In this document: one piece after another, positions 7,547 through 14,749 of the stretch
How positions within the stretch are numbered: position 1 is the stretch's first letter
Layout of the letters: every line of letters begins with the position of its first letter
Virus record (IMG/VR): IMGVR_UViG_3300038345_000393
Strand: one strand, 5' to 3'
Source of the DNA: an uncultured virus (IMG/VR IMGVR_UViG_3300038345_000393)
Taxonomy: Duplodnaviria > Heunggongvirae > Uroviricota > Caudoviricetes
DNA: 20,000 nucleotides
Program-made: the position numbers and the translations under genes
The notes under the pieces: model-generated
What the model saw: the letters and a program-made list of their open reading frames with translations, nothing else
Database searches by the model: none
Told to the model about the DNA's origin: nothing

Positions 7547-7690
7547 TTTGTTTAGCCGATAACTATCTAAGAGTTCTTGTCGACAAGGCACACTATTTCA
7601 GAGCCCTGACTAATCAGTGCTAACCATTAGCCTAGTGGAGGAACTTTCCACCGCGTTTTAAACTGCGAGCAATAGCTTAGCTCGACTTAA
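7525..7690 (-). ncRNA. candidate structured ncRNA (~165 nt), family not recognised
   Basis: About 45% GC over 7554-7687 (61/134 counted), no ORF, closing helix AGUCGA/UCGGCU, several internal stems, possible pseudoknot AGUUC/GAACU, a TACCAT -10-like box just upstream and a terminator downstream. Confidence 0.65.
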
Positions 7691-7710
7691 ATGGTATTAA
7701 CTTTGCACAA

Positions 7711-8043
7711 TTAATCCTTTTTACATTTCTTTAAGAACTCTTGATATTCTTTGTTGAACTTATCATAGGGTTCCGCAATTTCTTCTTTAGTGATTTTTCT
7801 ACCTAAGAATTGTTCTGCTTCAGTTTCAGTGATTTCTACTATTTCTTCCATACAAGATAGGTTTCCATATCGATACATAGAGTCAACTGGTTCTGATGGA
7901 TCATAGCCAACTCTATTTTTCCAAAGTATATAGGTTCCTTCATACCATTTATTGTCATTTGGATTGTAATAAATAGCGATTTCACTAACTTCATCTTCAA
8001 TGAATAAGTTTTTAAATTCATCGCCCACTATGTAGTATTTCAT
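7711..8043 (-). CDS. hypothetical protein, 110 aa
   Basis: SD AAGGAGG and TATAAT (8069-8074) upstream; 'EITETEAEQFL' C-terminal motif. Confidence 0.8.
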   Translation of the reverse strand: MKYYIVGDEFKNLFIEDEVSEIAIYYNPNDNKWYEGTYILWKNRVGYDPSEPVDSMYRYGNLSCMEEIVEITETEAEQFLGRKITKEEIAEPYDKFNKEYQEFLKKCKKD

Positions 8044-8095
8044 ATTCTTTCCTCCTTGCTACGTTGCCATTATAGGAAAAAAGATAATTAAAAAG

Positions 8096-8112
8096 GTCAA
8101 ACCGCATTTGAC
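8096..8112. promoter_or_regulatory. palindromic operator GTCAAA-N5-TTTGAC (copy 1)
   Basis: GTCAAAccgcaTTTGAC; a second copy lies at 8550-8566. Confidence 0.7.
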
Positions 8113-8139
8113 ATTTTATTTGACCACAATTTTTAGTAT

Positions 8140-8532
8140 TTAGATAAGCACTGAATCCGCAAAACCGTTTTCTTCTAAGAGTTTGTTGACATCATATAAA
8201 TCATATATTTTGTTTTCTATACAATATCTAATGATCAAAGAGAATTTACTAGAAGATGATAAGGTAAATCCCATCTTCTTTAAGAGATATTTACACTCAT
8301 GATTAGTTAGTTCCATTGCAAACACTACTTTTAATAGGGTTTTTAAAGATGGCTCTGATTTATTAGACATAAAAGAAGACCAGTTTTGTCTAGATATATT
8401 AGCTTTGTTATATATTTCAGGATCTTTTTTAATACCGTGTGCATTCTTTAGATCTTCTATATATTTAGCAAAACATGATGACTTCTCTTCGTTAGCGGTA
8501 TGTCTAGCAATATATTCTTTTAACGTTTCCAT
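8140..8532 (-). CDS. XRE-family HTH transcriptional regulator (type often fused to or near macrodomains)
   Basis: 'IYNKANISRQNWSSF...PSLKTLLKVVFAMEL...ECKYLLKKMGFTLSSSSKFSLIIRYCIENKIYDLYDVNKLL' matches this family pattern. Confidence 0.8.
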   Translation of the reverse strand: METLKEYIARHTANEEKSSCFAKYIEDLKNAHGIKKDPEIYNKANISRQNWSSFMSNKSEPSLKTLLKVVFAMELTNHECKYLLKKMGFTLSSSSKFSLIIRYCIENKIYDLYDVNKLLEENGFADSVLI

Positions 8533-8549
8533 ACACCACTATTTTAAAT

Positions 8550-8566
8550 GTCAAATAGCGTTTGAC
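8550..8566. promoter_or_regulatory. palindromic operator GTCAAA-N5-TTTGAC (copy 2) in the divergent XRE/HD promoter region
   Basis: GTCAAAtagcgTTTGAC; TATAAT at 8588-8593 on the plus strand. Confidence 0.7.
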
Positions 8567-8618
8567 CAAATATATATTTTACTTTTCTATAATGAGGCCG
8601 AAAGTGAGAAAAGAAATT

Positions 8619-9290
8619 ATGAAAAAGAAAAGTGAATTACTTAATTATGTTAGAAAGGTGGCGTTAGAACACTGGGTTGATGAAAGAGAAATTGAAGATG
8701 CATTCAAATCCACAGTGGGCATTGCTTATTACATCGCTAAGATTGCTCACGATGGAGTAGAAAGAGAAAATGGCACTCCTTATTTTGGTCACCCATTCCG
8801 TATCTATCAAAAATATGGTGAAACATTATGCATTAATGATATTAATTTTGATTCTGATGAATGCATGGAATATGGAATTCCGTTTTATGGTGTTCAAGAA
8901 GTGTGCCTATTGCACGATGTGATGGAAGACTGGATGGTCACGATTGAAGATATTGAGGGTATGTATGAAGATTTAGGATATAAAGATTATTTTGAGATGT
9001 ACATCAAGACACCACTTCAATACATCACCCACGATAAAGACGTTGATTATACAACATATATTGATATTGTTCTTAAAAACCCTATATCCGCTTTAGTTAA
9101 ATTATTAGATCTCAATGACAACATCGATATATTTGGGCTAAAGACATATAGTGATTTTGAACATCTAAGAATGCAAAAGTATATTGAATATAGAAAGATG
9201 ATTAACGATAAATATCATTTTATTGAGAACATCAATAGATATCTTAATGATTGCATTTATCCCTACGATGGATTCATGATTCGCGACTAA
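8619..9290 (+). CDS. HD-domain hydrolase, Mesh1/small alarmone hydrolase (RelA/SpoT hydrolase-like)
   Basis: Motifs AHDGVERENGTPYFGHP, LLHDVMED, VKLLDLNDN. Start moved to ATG 8619 (GAAAGTGAG SD-like, downstream of TATAAT). Confidence 0.8.
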   Translation: MKKKSELLNYVRKVALEHWVDEREIEDAFKSTVGIAYYIAKIAHDGVERENGTPYFGHPFRIYQKYGETLCINDINFDSDECMEYGIPFYGVQEVCLLHDVMEDWMVTIEDIEGMYEDLGYKDYFEMYIKTPLQYITHDKDVDYTTYIDIVLKNPISALVKLLDLNDNIDIFGLKTYSDFEHLRMQKYIEYRKMINDKYHFIENINRYLNDCIYPYDGFMIRD

Positions 9291-9311
9291 ATTACAAAAA
9301 TAACATAAAAC

Positions 9312-9337
9312 AAAAAATCCCACACAAGTGGGAATTT
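9312..9337. terminator. bidirectional terminator between convergent genes
   Basis: AAAAAATCCCAC-ACAA-GTGGGAATTT. Confidence 0.75.
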
Positions 9338-9339
9338 GT

Positions 9340-10281
9340 TTAATCTGGAATGATGTCTTTAAGAAGGATATATTCACCAGAGAAGTAATCTTTCATGATT
9401 TGCATAATTTCTTGCTTATTTTTTTCATCTTTAACAATGAAATATTCTGCAAGGCTAGCTTTGTTAATAACTACACCATTATGTTCTTTGACATATTCAA
9501 TTATCTTTGGTAGTAGTTCTTCCGATTTCTTTAAAACGGCACTTATTTCATATCTTCTGCCAACATATTCTTCGTTTGTGGCTTGCTTGGCGTTCAATGC
9601 AACAGAATCAAACAAGGAATACTCTTTTTGTTTTTCTTCTTTTTCTTTTTTCTTTTGAAAATACCTGTCAATTAATTCGTTTGAATTAGCACCGAAATTG
9701 GAGTTTTGTTCTAAATAGTCTTTAGAAGATATTTGTTCTAATTCACATATCGCTTCAAAGATTTTCATTGCTGTTTTAGCATCATCTCTAGATAAATGCT
9801 CATGGAATGTCGCTGATGCATGAGGACCAACAATTTCATTGCACGCTTTCTTTAAACTAACTCTATCTTTTGCCTCTAAATACTTGTGGGCAAATAGTTG
9901 AACATCAAAGCAGCGATAGTTAATCTGCTCTAAACGATATCTCTTACAAGAATTAAAGATATGAAGAACATCATTTTTCATGGAGTATGCAAAGCATATC
10001 GTGTCAGGATCTGACATGAGATTCTTAATTCTATCATAGAAAGCGGGGAATTCTGGTTGAGACAAATAGAAATCATATTCATAGGCCAAGATTAAATCTT
10101 TTTCATGCTTTCTACCCGTAAGGAAGAATCTATTTTCTCTCCCTCTGCCTGGAGACATAGGGATATCGTCTTGCTTGAGAATGTTGAAATTCTCATCAGT
10201 CAAGACGTATCCAAACTCGCACATTTTTCCAATGCCTTGAAAGCAATTGGAACATTCAATATCGAAGAATAAGTATTTCAT
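9340..10281 (-). CDS. DEDDh (DnaQ-like) 3'-5' exonuclease with possible BRCT-like C-terminus
   Basis: FFDIEC (ExoI), AYSMKND (ExoII), HLSRDDA (ExoIII). Start reassigned to MKYLFFDIE at 10281, with SD GGAGGA. Confidence 0.85.
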   Translation of the reverse strand: MKYLFFDIECSNCFQGIGKMCEFGYVLTDENFNILKQDDIPMSPGRGRENRFFLTGRKHEKDLILAYEYDFYLSQPEFPAFYDRIKNLMSDPDTICFAYSMKNDVLHIFNSCKRYRLEQINYRCFDVQLFAHKYLEAKDRVSLKKACNEIVGPHASATFHEHLSRDDAKTAMKIFEAICELEQISSKDYLEQNSNFGANSNELIDRYFQKKKEKEEKQKEYSLFDSVALNAKQATNEEYVGRRYEISAVLKKSEELLPKIIEYVKEHNGVVINKASLAEYFIVKDEKNKQEIMQIMKDYFSGEYILLKDIIPD

Positions 10282-10286
10282 GTGGA

Positions 10287-10910
10287 TTAATCCTCCAAGA
10301 TATGGCCGACCACGATAACACAATTGCCGACAATCGAGGCAACTTCCCAAGCGATGAACCAATCACTGGTATCGCCTAGCATTTTGCGGCGAATCTTTTG
10401 TTGAATATCATCTATTGTATCACTTTCATCAAACCACGACTTATCAATCACTTGGATGAATAAGTCTTTATCCGTGCCGTTGATTTTAGTGATTTTTGCA
10501 ACCGCTTTTTCAATTGCTTTAGAACACGCTAATCGCATTTCGAGATCTTTTTGCCCTTCTTTTTTACGATATTCAGGGTTTCTTCGAATATTCGTATTTC
10601 CGTATTTATCGATATAGAATTCGTAATGATGGAACAATGATTTGTGTAAGAATGTCACTTTTGGATGTTCCGATAAGTATTGCTCAATAAGCGGTAATGC
10701 CTTATCAGAAGCATTTGCCATCGCATTAGCTGCGCTTTTAGCTACTGCTTTAACGGTTTGATCAACGAGTGGGATATTAATTTCGCACACCCATCTACCA
10801 TCTGATAGAGGTTCGGCCATCACACCATCACTATCTGGCTCTCCGTATTGAATTAGCCATTCATCTACATAGACTATTTTATTTGCTGATTTTGTTTTTT
10901 GATTTTTCAT
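10287..10910 (-). CDS. hypothetical protein; paralog of 14292-14636, possible dsRBD/HicB-like beta-beta-beta-alpha N-terminal domain
   Basis: 207-aa ORF, GAAAGTGAG SD-like; shares the 'DG..EP...G...C...PL...TV...I..YL.E.P' pattern with the ORF at 14292. Confidence 0.7.
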   Translation of the reverse strand: MKNQKTKSANKIVYVDEWLIQYGEPDSDGVMAEPLSDGRWVCEINIPLVDQTVKAVAKSAANAMANASDKALPLIEQYLSEHPKVTFLHKSLFHHYEFYIDKYGNTNIRRNPEYRKKEGQKDLEMRLACSKAIEKAVAKITKINGTDKDLFIQVIDKSWFDESDTIDDIQQKIRRKMLGDTSDWFIAWEVASIVGNCVIVVGHILED

Positions 10911-10963
10911 ATATTCGTTTTCTCACTTTCTGTCGGTTTTTATCGACGCTACAACTATAAAAC

Positions 10964-10985
10964 AAAAACCAGGAATAACCTGGTC
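10964..10985 (-). terminator. intrinsic terminator of the ABC operon
   Basis: Minus strand GACCAGG-TTATT-CCTGGTTTTTG. Confidence 0.7.
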
Positions 10986-10986
10986 T

Positions 10987-11007
10987 TGTCCCAAAAATGG
11001 TTACAAA
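10987..11007. promoter_or_regulatory. conserved upstream motif TGTCCCAAAAATGGTWACAAA (copy 1)
   Basis: 20/21 identical to 14703-14723; 27 nt from a -10-like TATAGT. Confidence 0.7.
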
Positions 11008-11010
11008 GTT

Positions 11011-11781
11011 TTATTTAAATGATATTTCTTCGTAATTTTGATCTTTAGATAAACAGACATGATCTCCATAAATAGAAACCAGTTTATCGACTTTAATCAG
11101 TTCTTTAGCAGAACCAACTTCATTAATACTGCCTTTATTCATTAAGACGACATTTGAGTCTAAGAATAAAGCGTGGTTTGGATTGTGAGATGAAAGAACA
11201 ATTGTTTTGCCTTCTTTAGATATTTCTTTTAATTGAGTTAAAACCTTGTTTTGGTTCTTGATATCTAAAGCGGATGTTGGCTCATCTAAAAGGATGATAG
11301 GTGTATTTTGAATCAAAGCGCAGGCAATAAAGATAATTTGTCTTTCCCCACCGCTTACTTCACCAATATTTTTGTCTAATAAGTGAGTAATACCTAATCT
11401 TTTGGCAATCGATCTAACTAATTCTCTTTCTTGTTCTCCAGGGGATTGATAGAACGCTAATTTGTTAGTGGTTCCAAATAATAGGTAATCAAATACAGGA
11501 ATATCTCCAATAACATAAGAATGCTGTGGAACAAAGGCAAATATCTCACTTCTCTCTTTAATGGAAATTGAAGATAAATCTTTATCATCATAGAAGATAT
11601 TGCCTAATTGAGGTTTCTCTAAACCCGCTAAAAGTCTAAGCAATGTTGTTTTACCACAGCCATTAAGACCAAGGATGACATTAATTGAACCTTCTTTTAA
11701 TTCTAAATTAATATCGTTTAAGGTATATTCAGTAGCCTTCTTATTATATTTAAAGGAAACATTATTAATCTTGATGCTCAT
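11011..11781 (-). CDS. iron-siderophore/cobalamin-type ABC transporter ATP-binding subunit (FepC/FecE-like)
   Basis: GLNGCGKT, VSGGERQ, LLDEPT, SSH; start at MSIKIN with SD AGGAGGG. Confidence 0.92.
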   Translation of the reverse strand: MSIKINNVSFKYNKKATEYTLNDINLELKEGSINVILGLNGCGKTTLLRLLAGLEKPQLGNIFYDDKDLSSISIKERSEIFAFVPQHSYVIGDIPVFDYLLFGTTNKLAFYQSPGEQERELVRSIAKRLGITHLLDKNIGEVSGGERQIIFIACALIQNTPIILLDEPTSALDIKNQNKVLTQLKEISKEGKTIVLSSHNPNHALFLDSNVVLMNKGSINEVGSAKELIKVDKLVSIYGDHVCLSKDQNYEEISFK

Positions 11782-12784
11782 ACATGTCCCTCCTTCTAAT
11801 AATAAGAATAACAACGAACACAACGGTTCCAAATATGCCTGTGACTGCGCTTAATGGTAATTCTGAATCCATGAATGTTCTAGATAAGATATCGGTAATA
11901 ATCATGAATAAAGCACCAAAGGTGATGCAAAGAGGAATTGTTCTTTTCGGATTGTGACCCACCATTAATCTAACAATATGTGGAATGACTAGACCAATCC
12001 AAGAAACAGTACCGCAGAAACATACCGATATAGCTGTTAATAGAGTGGCAATACCAATTATTAAATAGCGATAGAGTGTATAATGTAGCCCTTTTGTTTG
12101 AGCAGCTTGTCTACCTAAGGCAACTAAGTAGATTCTGAATGAAATAACAATTAGAACAATTGAACATACACCCACTGCTCCAATAAGGATATAGGATTGA
12201 CTCATTGTGGCGTTTTCAAAACTACCCATTAGCCAATATGTGATAGATGCTAACGTGGTTTGAGGATCTGCAAAATATTTAATTGTAGATAAGATTGCAG
12301 ACATAAAGCCACCAACAATGACACCGGATAATAATAATGTTGTAGATGAGCCGTTTTTAAACAATCTAGCTACCAAAACGGTAATCATAACTGTAGCCAC
12401 ACCAGCTAAAAAGGCAAACACACTAATGAATAATGAAGATAGGCCTAACACGATTGCTAATGACGCACCAACAGATGCACCAGTGCTAACGCCCAACAAA
12501 TCTGGTGAAACAAGTTTATTTTTAAAGGTTTCTTGATAAAGAAGACCTGACAAAGATAGACCAATGCCCACCATAGCAGCCATTATTGTTCTAGGAAGCC
12601 TTAATCTTGTTATGATGCTTCTTTGCATATCGAGTGATTCATCACTGGTGAAAATGGCGTTGAAGAAGTCATCAATTTTGATTGGATATCTACCAATCAT
12701 TAAGGCGGCTAGGAAACTAATCACTAGAAGAACAATGGTCACTGTTAAGATGATTATGAATCTTCTATTGAGTTTCTTTTCCAT
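11765..12784 (-). CDS. FecCD/BtuC-family ABC permease
   Basis: LRLPR, 'Q..FKNKLVSPDLLGVSTGA', 'WLMGSF', 'G.VSWIGLVIPHIVR'; many TM helices. Confidence 0.93.
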   Translation of the reverse strand: MEKKLNRRFIIILTVTIVLLVISFLAALMIGRYPIKIDDFFNAIFTSDESLDMQRSIITRLRLPRTIMAAMVGIGLSLSGLLYQETFKNKLVSPDLLGVSTGASVGASLAIVLGLSSLFISVFAFLAGVATVMITVLVARLFKNGSSTTLLLSGVIVGGFMSAILSTIKYFADPQTTLASITYWLMGSFENATMSQSYILIGAVGVCSIVLIVISFRIYLVALGRQAAQTKGLHYTLYRYLIIGIATLLTAISVCFCGTVSWIGLVIPHIVRLMVGHNPKRTIPLCITFGALFMIITDILSRTFMDSELPLSAVTGIFGTVVFVVILIIRRRDMYEHQD

Positions 12785-13851
12785 TAGACTAACGAGCCAC
12801 CTTCTGAATTAAGTCCGTTTAGCATATATGACACTTGATCATTGTTTAATTCAGTTCCGAAATATTCTTTAATTGTTGATTTAATCATAGATGAGACATC
12901 ATATGAGAAATATTCCGGATAAATCTTATTCGCTTGATCATAGAAGAAGATTGGTGTCATAGCAGATAATTGTTCAAATGCGGTAAAACCATTTGGAATG
13001 GTATAGATTTTATTGTTTTTAACCGCATCCATTAATTTATATGGTTCAGTTGTTTTTAATTCTTCTACGTGCTTATTTTGATAAATGCCGCCTGCAACAA
13101 AGATATCTGGATTTGCAGAAACAATTTCTTCAGCAGATGGTTTATTGGTGGTTAATGTCGATCCAACAAAGTCAAAGCCCATAATTCTATAAGCATACTC
13201 TGTGAATGACCCTTTAGTGTCGGTATAGCCAACACCTTTGTCTTTATCACCACGGATATAAAATACTTTTTGCTTTGGAAGAGTGTGCTTGGCTAATTCG
13301 GTTTGGACATCACTAATTGCGGTTGTAACTTTACTTTCCCAAGCAGCCGCTTTTGTTTTAACTTCTTCACTATCCCAAATTTGAGTAACTAATTTAGAAA
13401 AGAATGTTACATAGTTATCAAATGTTGGGTTTCCATAAAGAGAAACATTAAGAGCGGGGATACCATGGCTCTTCAAATCATCAGCAATGTATTTCTCTGG
13501 CGCAAACACAAGATCAACGCCCCTAGACATGAATAACTCATAGCTATTTTCATATCCATAGGAATAATGTTTGCTGCTTTCTGGATAGATTAAAGATGTC
13601 CAAGCGTTATCTAAGATTGGACCATAAACACCATCAATCTTATCGCCTAAACCATATGCGACCATTAAGTCATATGTGGTTCTAGAAATACATGCTACTT
13701 TTTTAGGATTCTTGGTGATTGTAACTGTTTCACCAAGCATGTCGGTTATAGATATTTGTTCGTTTTGATTGTCTTTGTTGGAGCAACCTGTAATAACTCC
13801 AATAGAAGCAAGCGCCACCACTACGAATGGCAATAATGTTTTTTTACTCAT
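12784..13851 (-). CDS. lipoprotein substrate-binding subunit, TroA-like/Peripla_BP_2 (BtuF/FhuD-type)
   Basis: Lipobox ITGC after a signal peptide; 'ITDMLGETVTI..NPKKV', 'EEIVSANPDI', 'AVKNNKIY'. Confidence 0.9.
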   Translation of the reverse strand: MSKKTLLPFVVVALASIGVITGCSNKDNQNEQISITDMLGETVTITKNPKKVACISRTTYDLMVAYGLGDKIDGVYGPILDNAWTSLIYPESSKHYSYGYENSYELFMSRGVDLVFAPEKYIADDLKSHGIPALNVSLYGNPTFDNYVTFFSKLVTQIWDSEEVKTKAAAWESKVTTAISDVQTELAKHTLPKQKVFYIRGDKDKGVGYTDTKGSFTEYAYRIMGFDFVGSTLTTNKPSAEEIVSANPDIFVAGGIYQNKHVEELKTTEPYKLMDAVKNNKIYTIPNGFTAFEQLSAMTPIFFYDQANKIYPEYFSYDVSSMIKSTIKEYFGTELNNDQVSYMLNGLNSEGGSLV

Positions 13852-13864
13852 AAAGAGGTCCCTT

Positions 13865-13961
13865 TCTGGCGATTAATAATTCAATTACCAGTCGTAGGTC
13901 GAAAGATACGGTACCGAGACAAATAACGTATCTACTCGTTTCAATTAATTATTAATCTACC
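13865..13961 (-). promoter_or_regulatory. structured 5' UTR of the ABC operon (candidate riboswitch/regulatory leader)
   Basis: Perfect 11-bp outer stem (13871-13881/13947-13957), inner AGAUACG/CGUAUCU hairpin and small ACC/GGU hairpin; ends at the SD. Confidence 0.5.
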
Positions 13962-13964
13962 GAT

Positions 13965-13986
13965 ATTATATCACATCAATTGATGT
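13965..13986 (-). promoter_or_regulatory. extended -10 promoter (TGATATAAT) with adjacent perfect 14-bp palindrome ACATCAATTGATGT
   Basis: TGATATAAT at 13965-13973; palindrome at 13973-13986. Confidence 0.7.
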
Positions 13987-14008
13987 ATCTCGTTAAGTAA
14001 TAAGGCTT

Positions 14009-14109
14009 GGCACCCACCCTAACGCCGCTATTAGGATGAAGTGCCGGTGTAAAATAGAAAGGAGGTCGTAAAACTTTATAGGAGGAGAAACTAATTAACA
14101 ACGCGGCGC
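14009..14109 (-). ncRNA. candidate 3'-UTR/small RNA with two anti-SD motifs and a GC-rich hairpin
   Basis: Hairpin GGCACUUCAUCCUAAU/GUUAGGGUGGGUGCC (G-U pairs favour the minus strand), CUCCUCCU and ACCUCCUUUCUA motifs, GCGCCGC complementary to the hairpin loop. Confidence 0.4.
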
Positions 14110-14115
14110 TAGTAG

Positions 14116-14292
14116 TTAATCTTTTCTTGGAAGGCAAGCCACGATGATTAATCCGATTAGGCCTAAGAACAGACCTCCGAAGAACCATCCAGGTACGCTT
14201 CTGTTTTTATATCCAGCGATAATTGGGCAAGCGATCATGCTGATGACTGTGTTAATGATTCCTAAGATTGTGAATACTGGTGAAATTTCCAT
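14116..14292 (-). CDS. small two-helix membrane protein (58 aa)
   Basis: Start MEISPVF overlaps the upstream stop (TAATG), SD AAGGAG; 'IAGYKNRSVPGWFFGGLFLGLIGLIIVACLP'. Confidence 0.8.
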   Translation of the reverse strand: MEISPVFTILGIINTVISMIACPIIAGYKNRSVPGWFFGGLFLGLIGLIIVACLPRKD

Positions 14293-14636
14293 TAGCAACA
14301 CGCTCCTTCTTGCATTAAATGAATGTATAAACATTCATTATCATCTTCTTCTAAGACATATCTCGAGTTGCCGAACATGTTTTTAACTTCACAGTCTGGG
14401 TTTTCCTCAAGATATTCATCTATCAATTTAGATGTTTGTTTTGTGGCATTATCAATTGACTCTAATTTATGGTCGCCAATGCCTATCACTGTTTTTTCAA
14501 TCAATGGGAGACGAACCAAACATTCATAAATTCCGTTTCTATTGCGTTTTGGTTCTAGGACTGATTGGCCATCTTCATCGGCTTGAGCAATCCAATTCAA
14601 TGTTTTAATTACTTCTTTTGCTTCAATTTGCTTCAT
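14292..14636 (-). CDS. hypothetical protein; paralog of 10287-10910
   Basis: Start reassigned to MKQIEAK (14636; 14660 also possible) because the track's longer start crosses a terminator and promoter motif. Confidence 0.7.
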   Translation of the reverse strand: MKQIEAKEVIKTLNWIAQADEDGQSVLEPKRNRNGIYECLVRLPLIEKTVIGIGDHKLESIDNATKQTSKLIDEYLEENPDCEVKNMFGNSRYVLEEDDNECLYIHLMQEGACC

Positions 14637-14702
14637 TTTGTTATCTGCTTTCTGCCTCATGGCTCCTATATAGTAAATTGAAAAAATATAACAAAACGAA
14701 AA

Positions 14703-14723
14703 TGTCCCAAAAATGGTAACAAA
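14703..14723. promoter_or_regulatory. conserved upstream motif TGTCCCAAAAATGGTWACAAA (copy 2)
   Basis: 27 nt from a -10-like TACTAT (14670-14675), same geometry as copy 1. Confidence 0.7.
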
Positions 14724-14725
14724 AT

Positions 14726-14742
14726 AAAAAGGGGCAACCCCC
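14726..14742 (-). terminator. intrinsic terminator after the XRE gene
   Basis: Minus strand GGGGG-TTG-CCCC-TTTTT. Confidence 0.6.
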
Positions 14743-14749
14743 ACCGATG

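Noticed and set aside
7554..7690. RNase P RNA (GGAAAGUUC ... GACAAGAACUCUUA resembles the conserved P4 regions)
   Set aside because: Far too short, no S-domain, the P4 register with bulged U does not form, and the GGAAAG segment lies in a local hairpin. SAM-I, T-box and SRP signatures are also incomplete.
3170..7690. Retron/DRT-type reverse transcriptase system
   Set aside because: The large protein has a DxDxD double-psi-barrel signature, not YxDD RT motifs.
13880..13915. TPP or ZTP riboswitch-like words (AATTACCAGTCGTAGG / CGACTGG)
   Set aside because: CUGAGA and the remaining TPP helices are missing, the resemblance is partly on the wrong strand, and the ZTP 3' GCCUGGGC is absent.
13938..13960. 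CRISPR repeat-like end ATTGAAAC
   Set aside because: Single copy, no spacers, no cas genes; explained by the leader stem.
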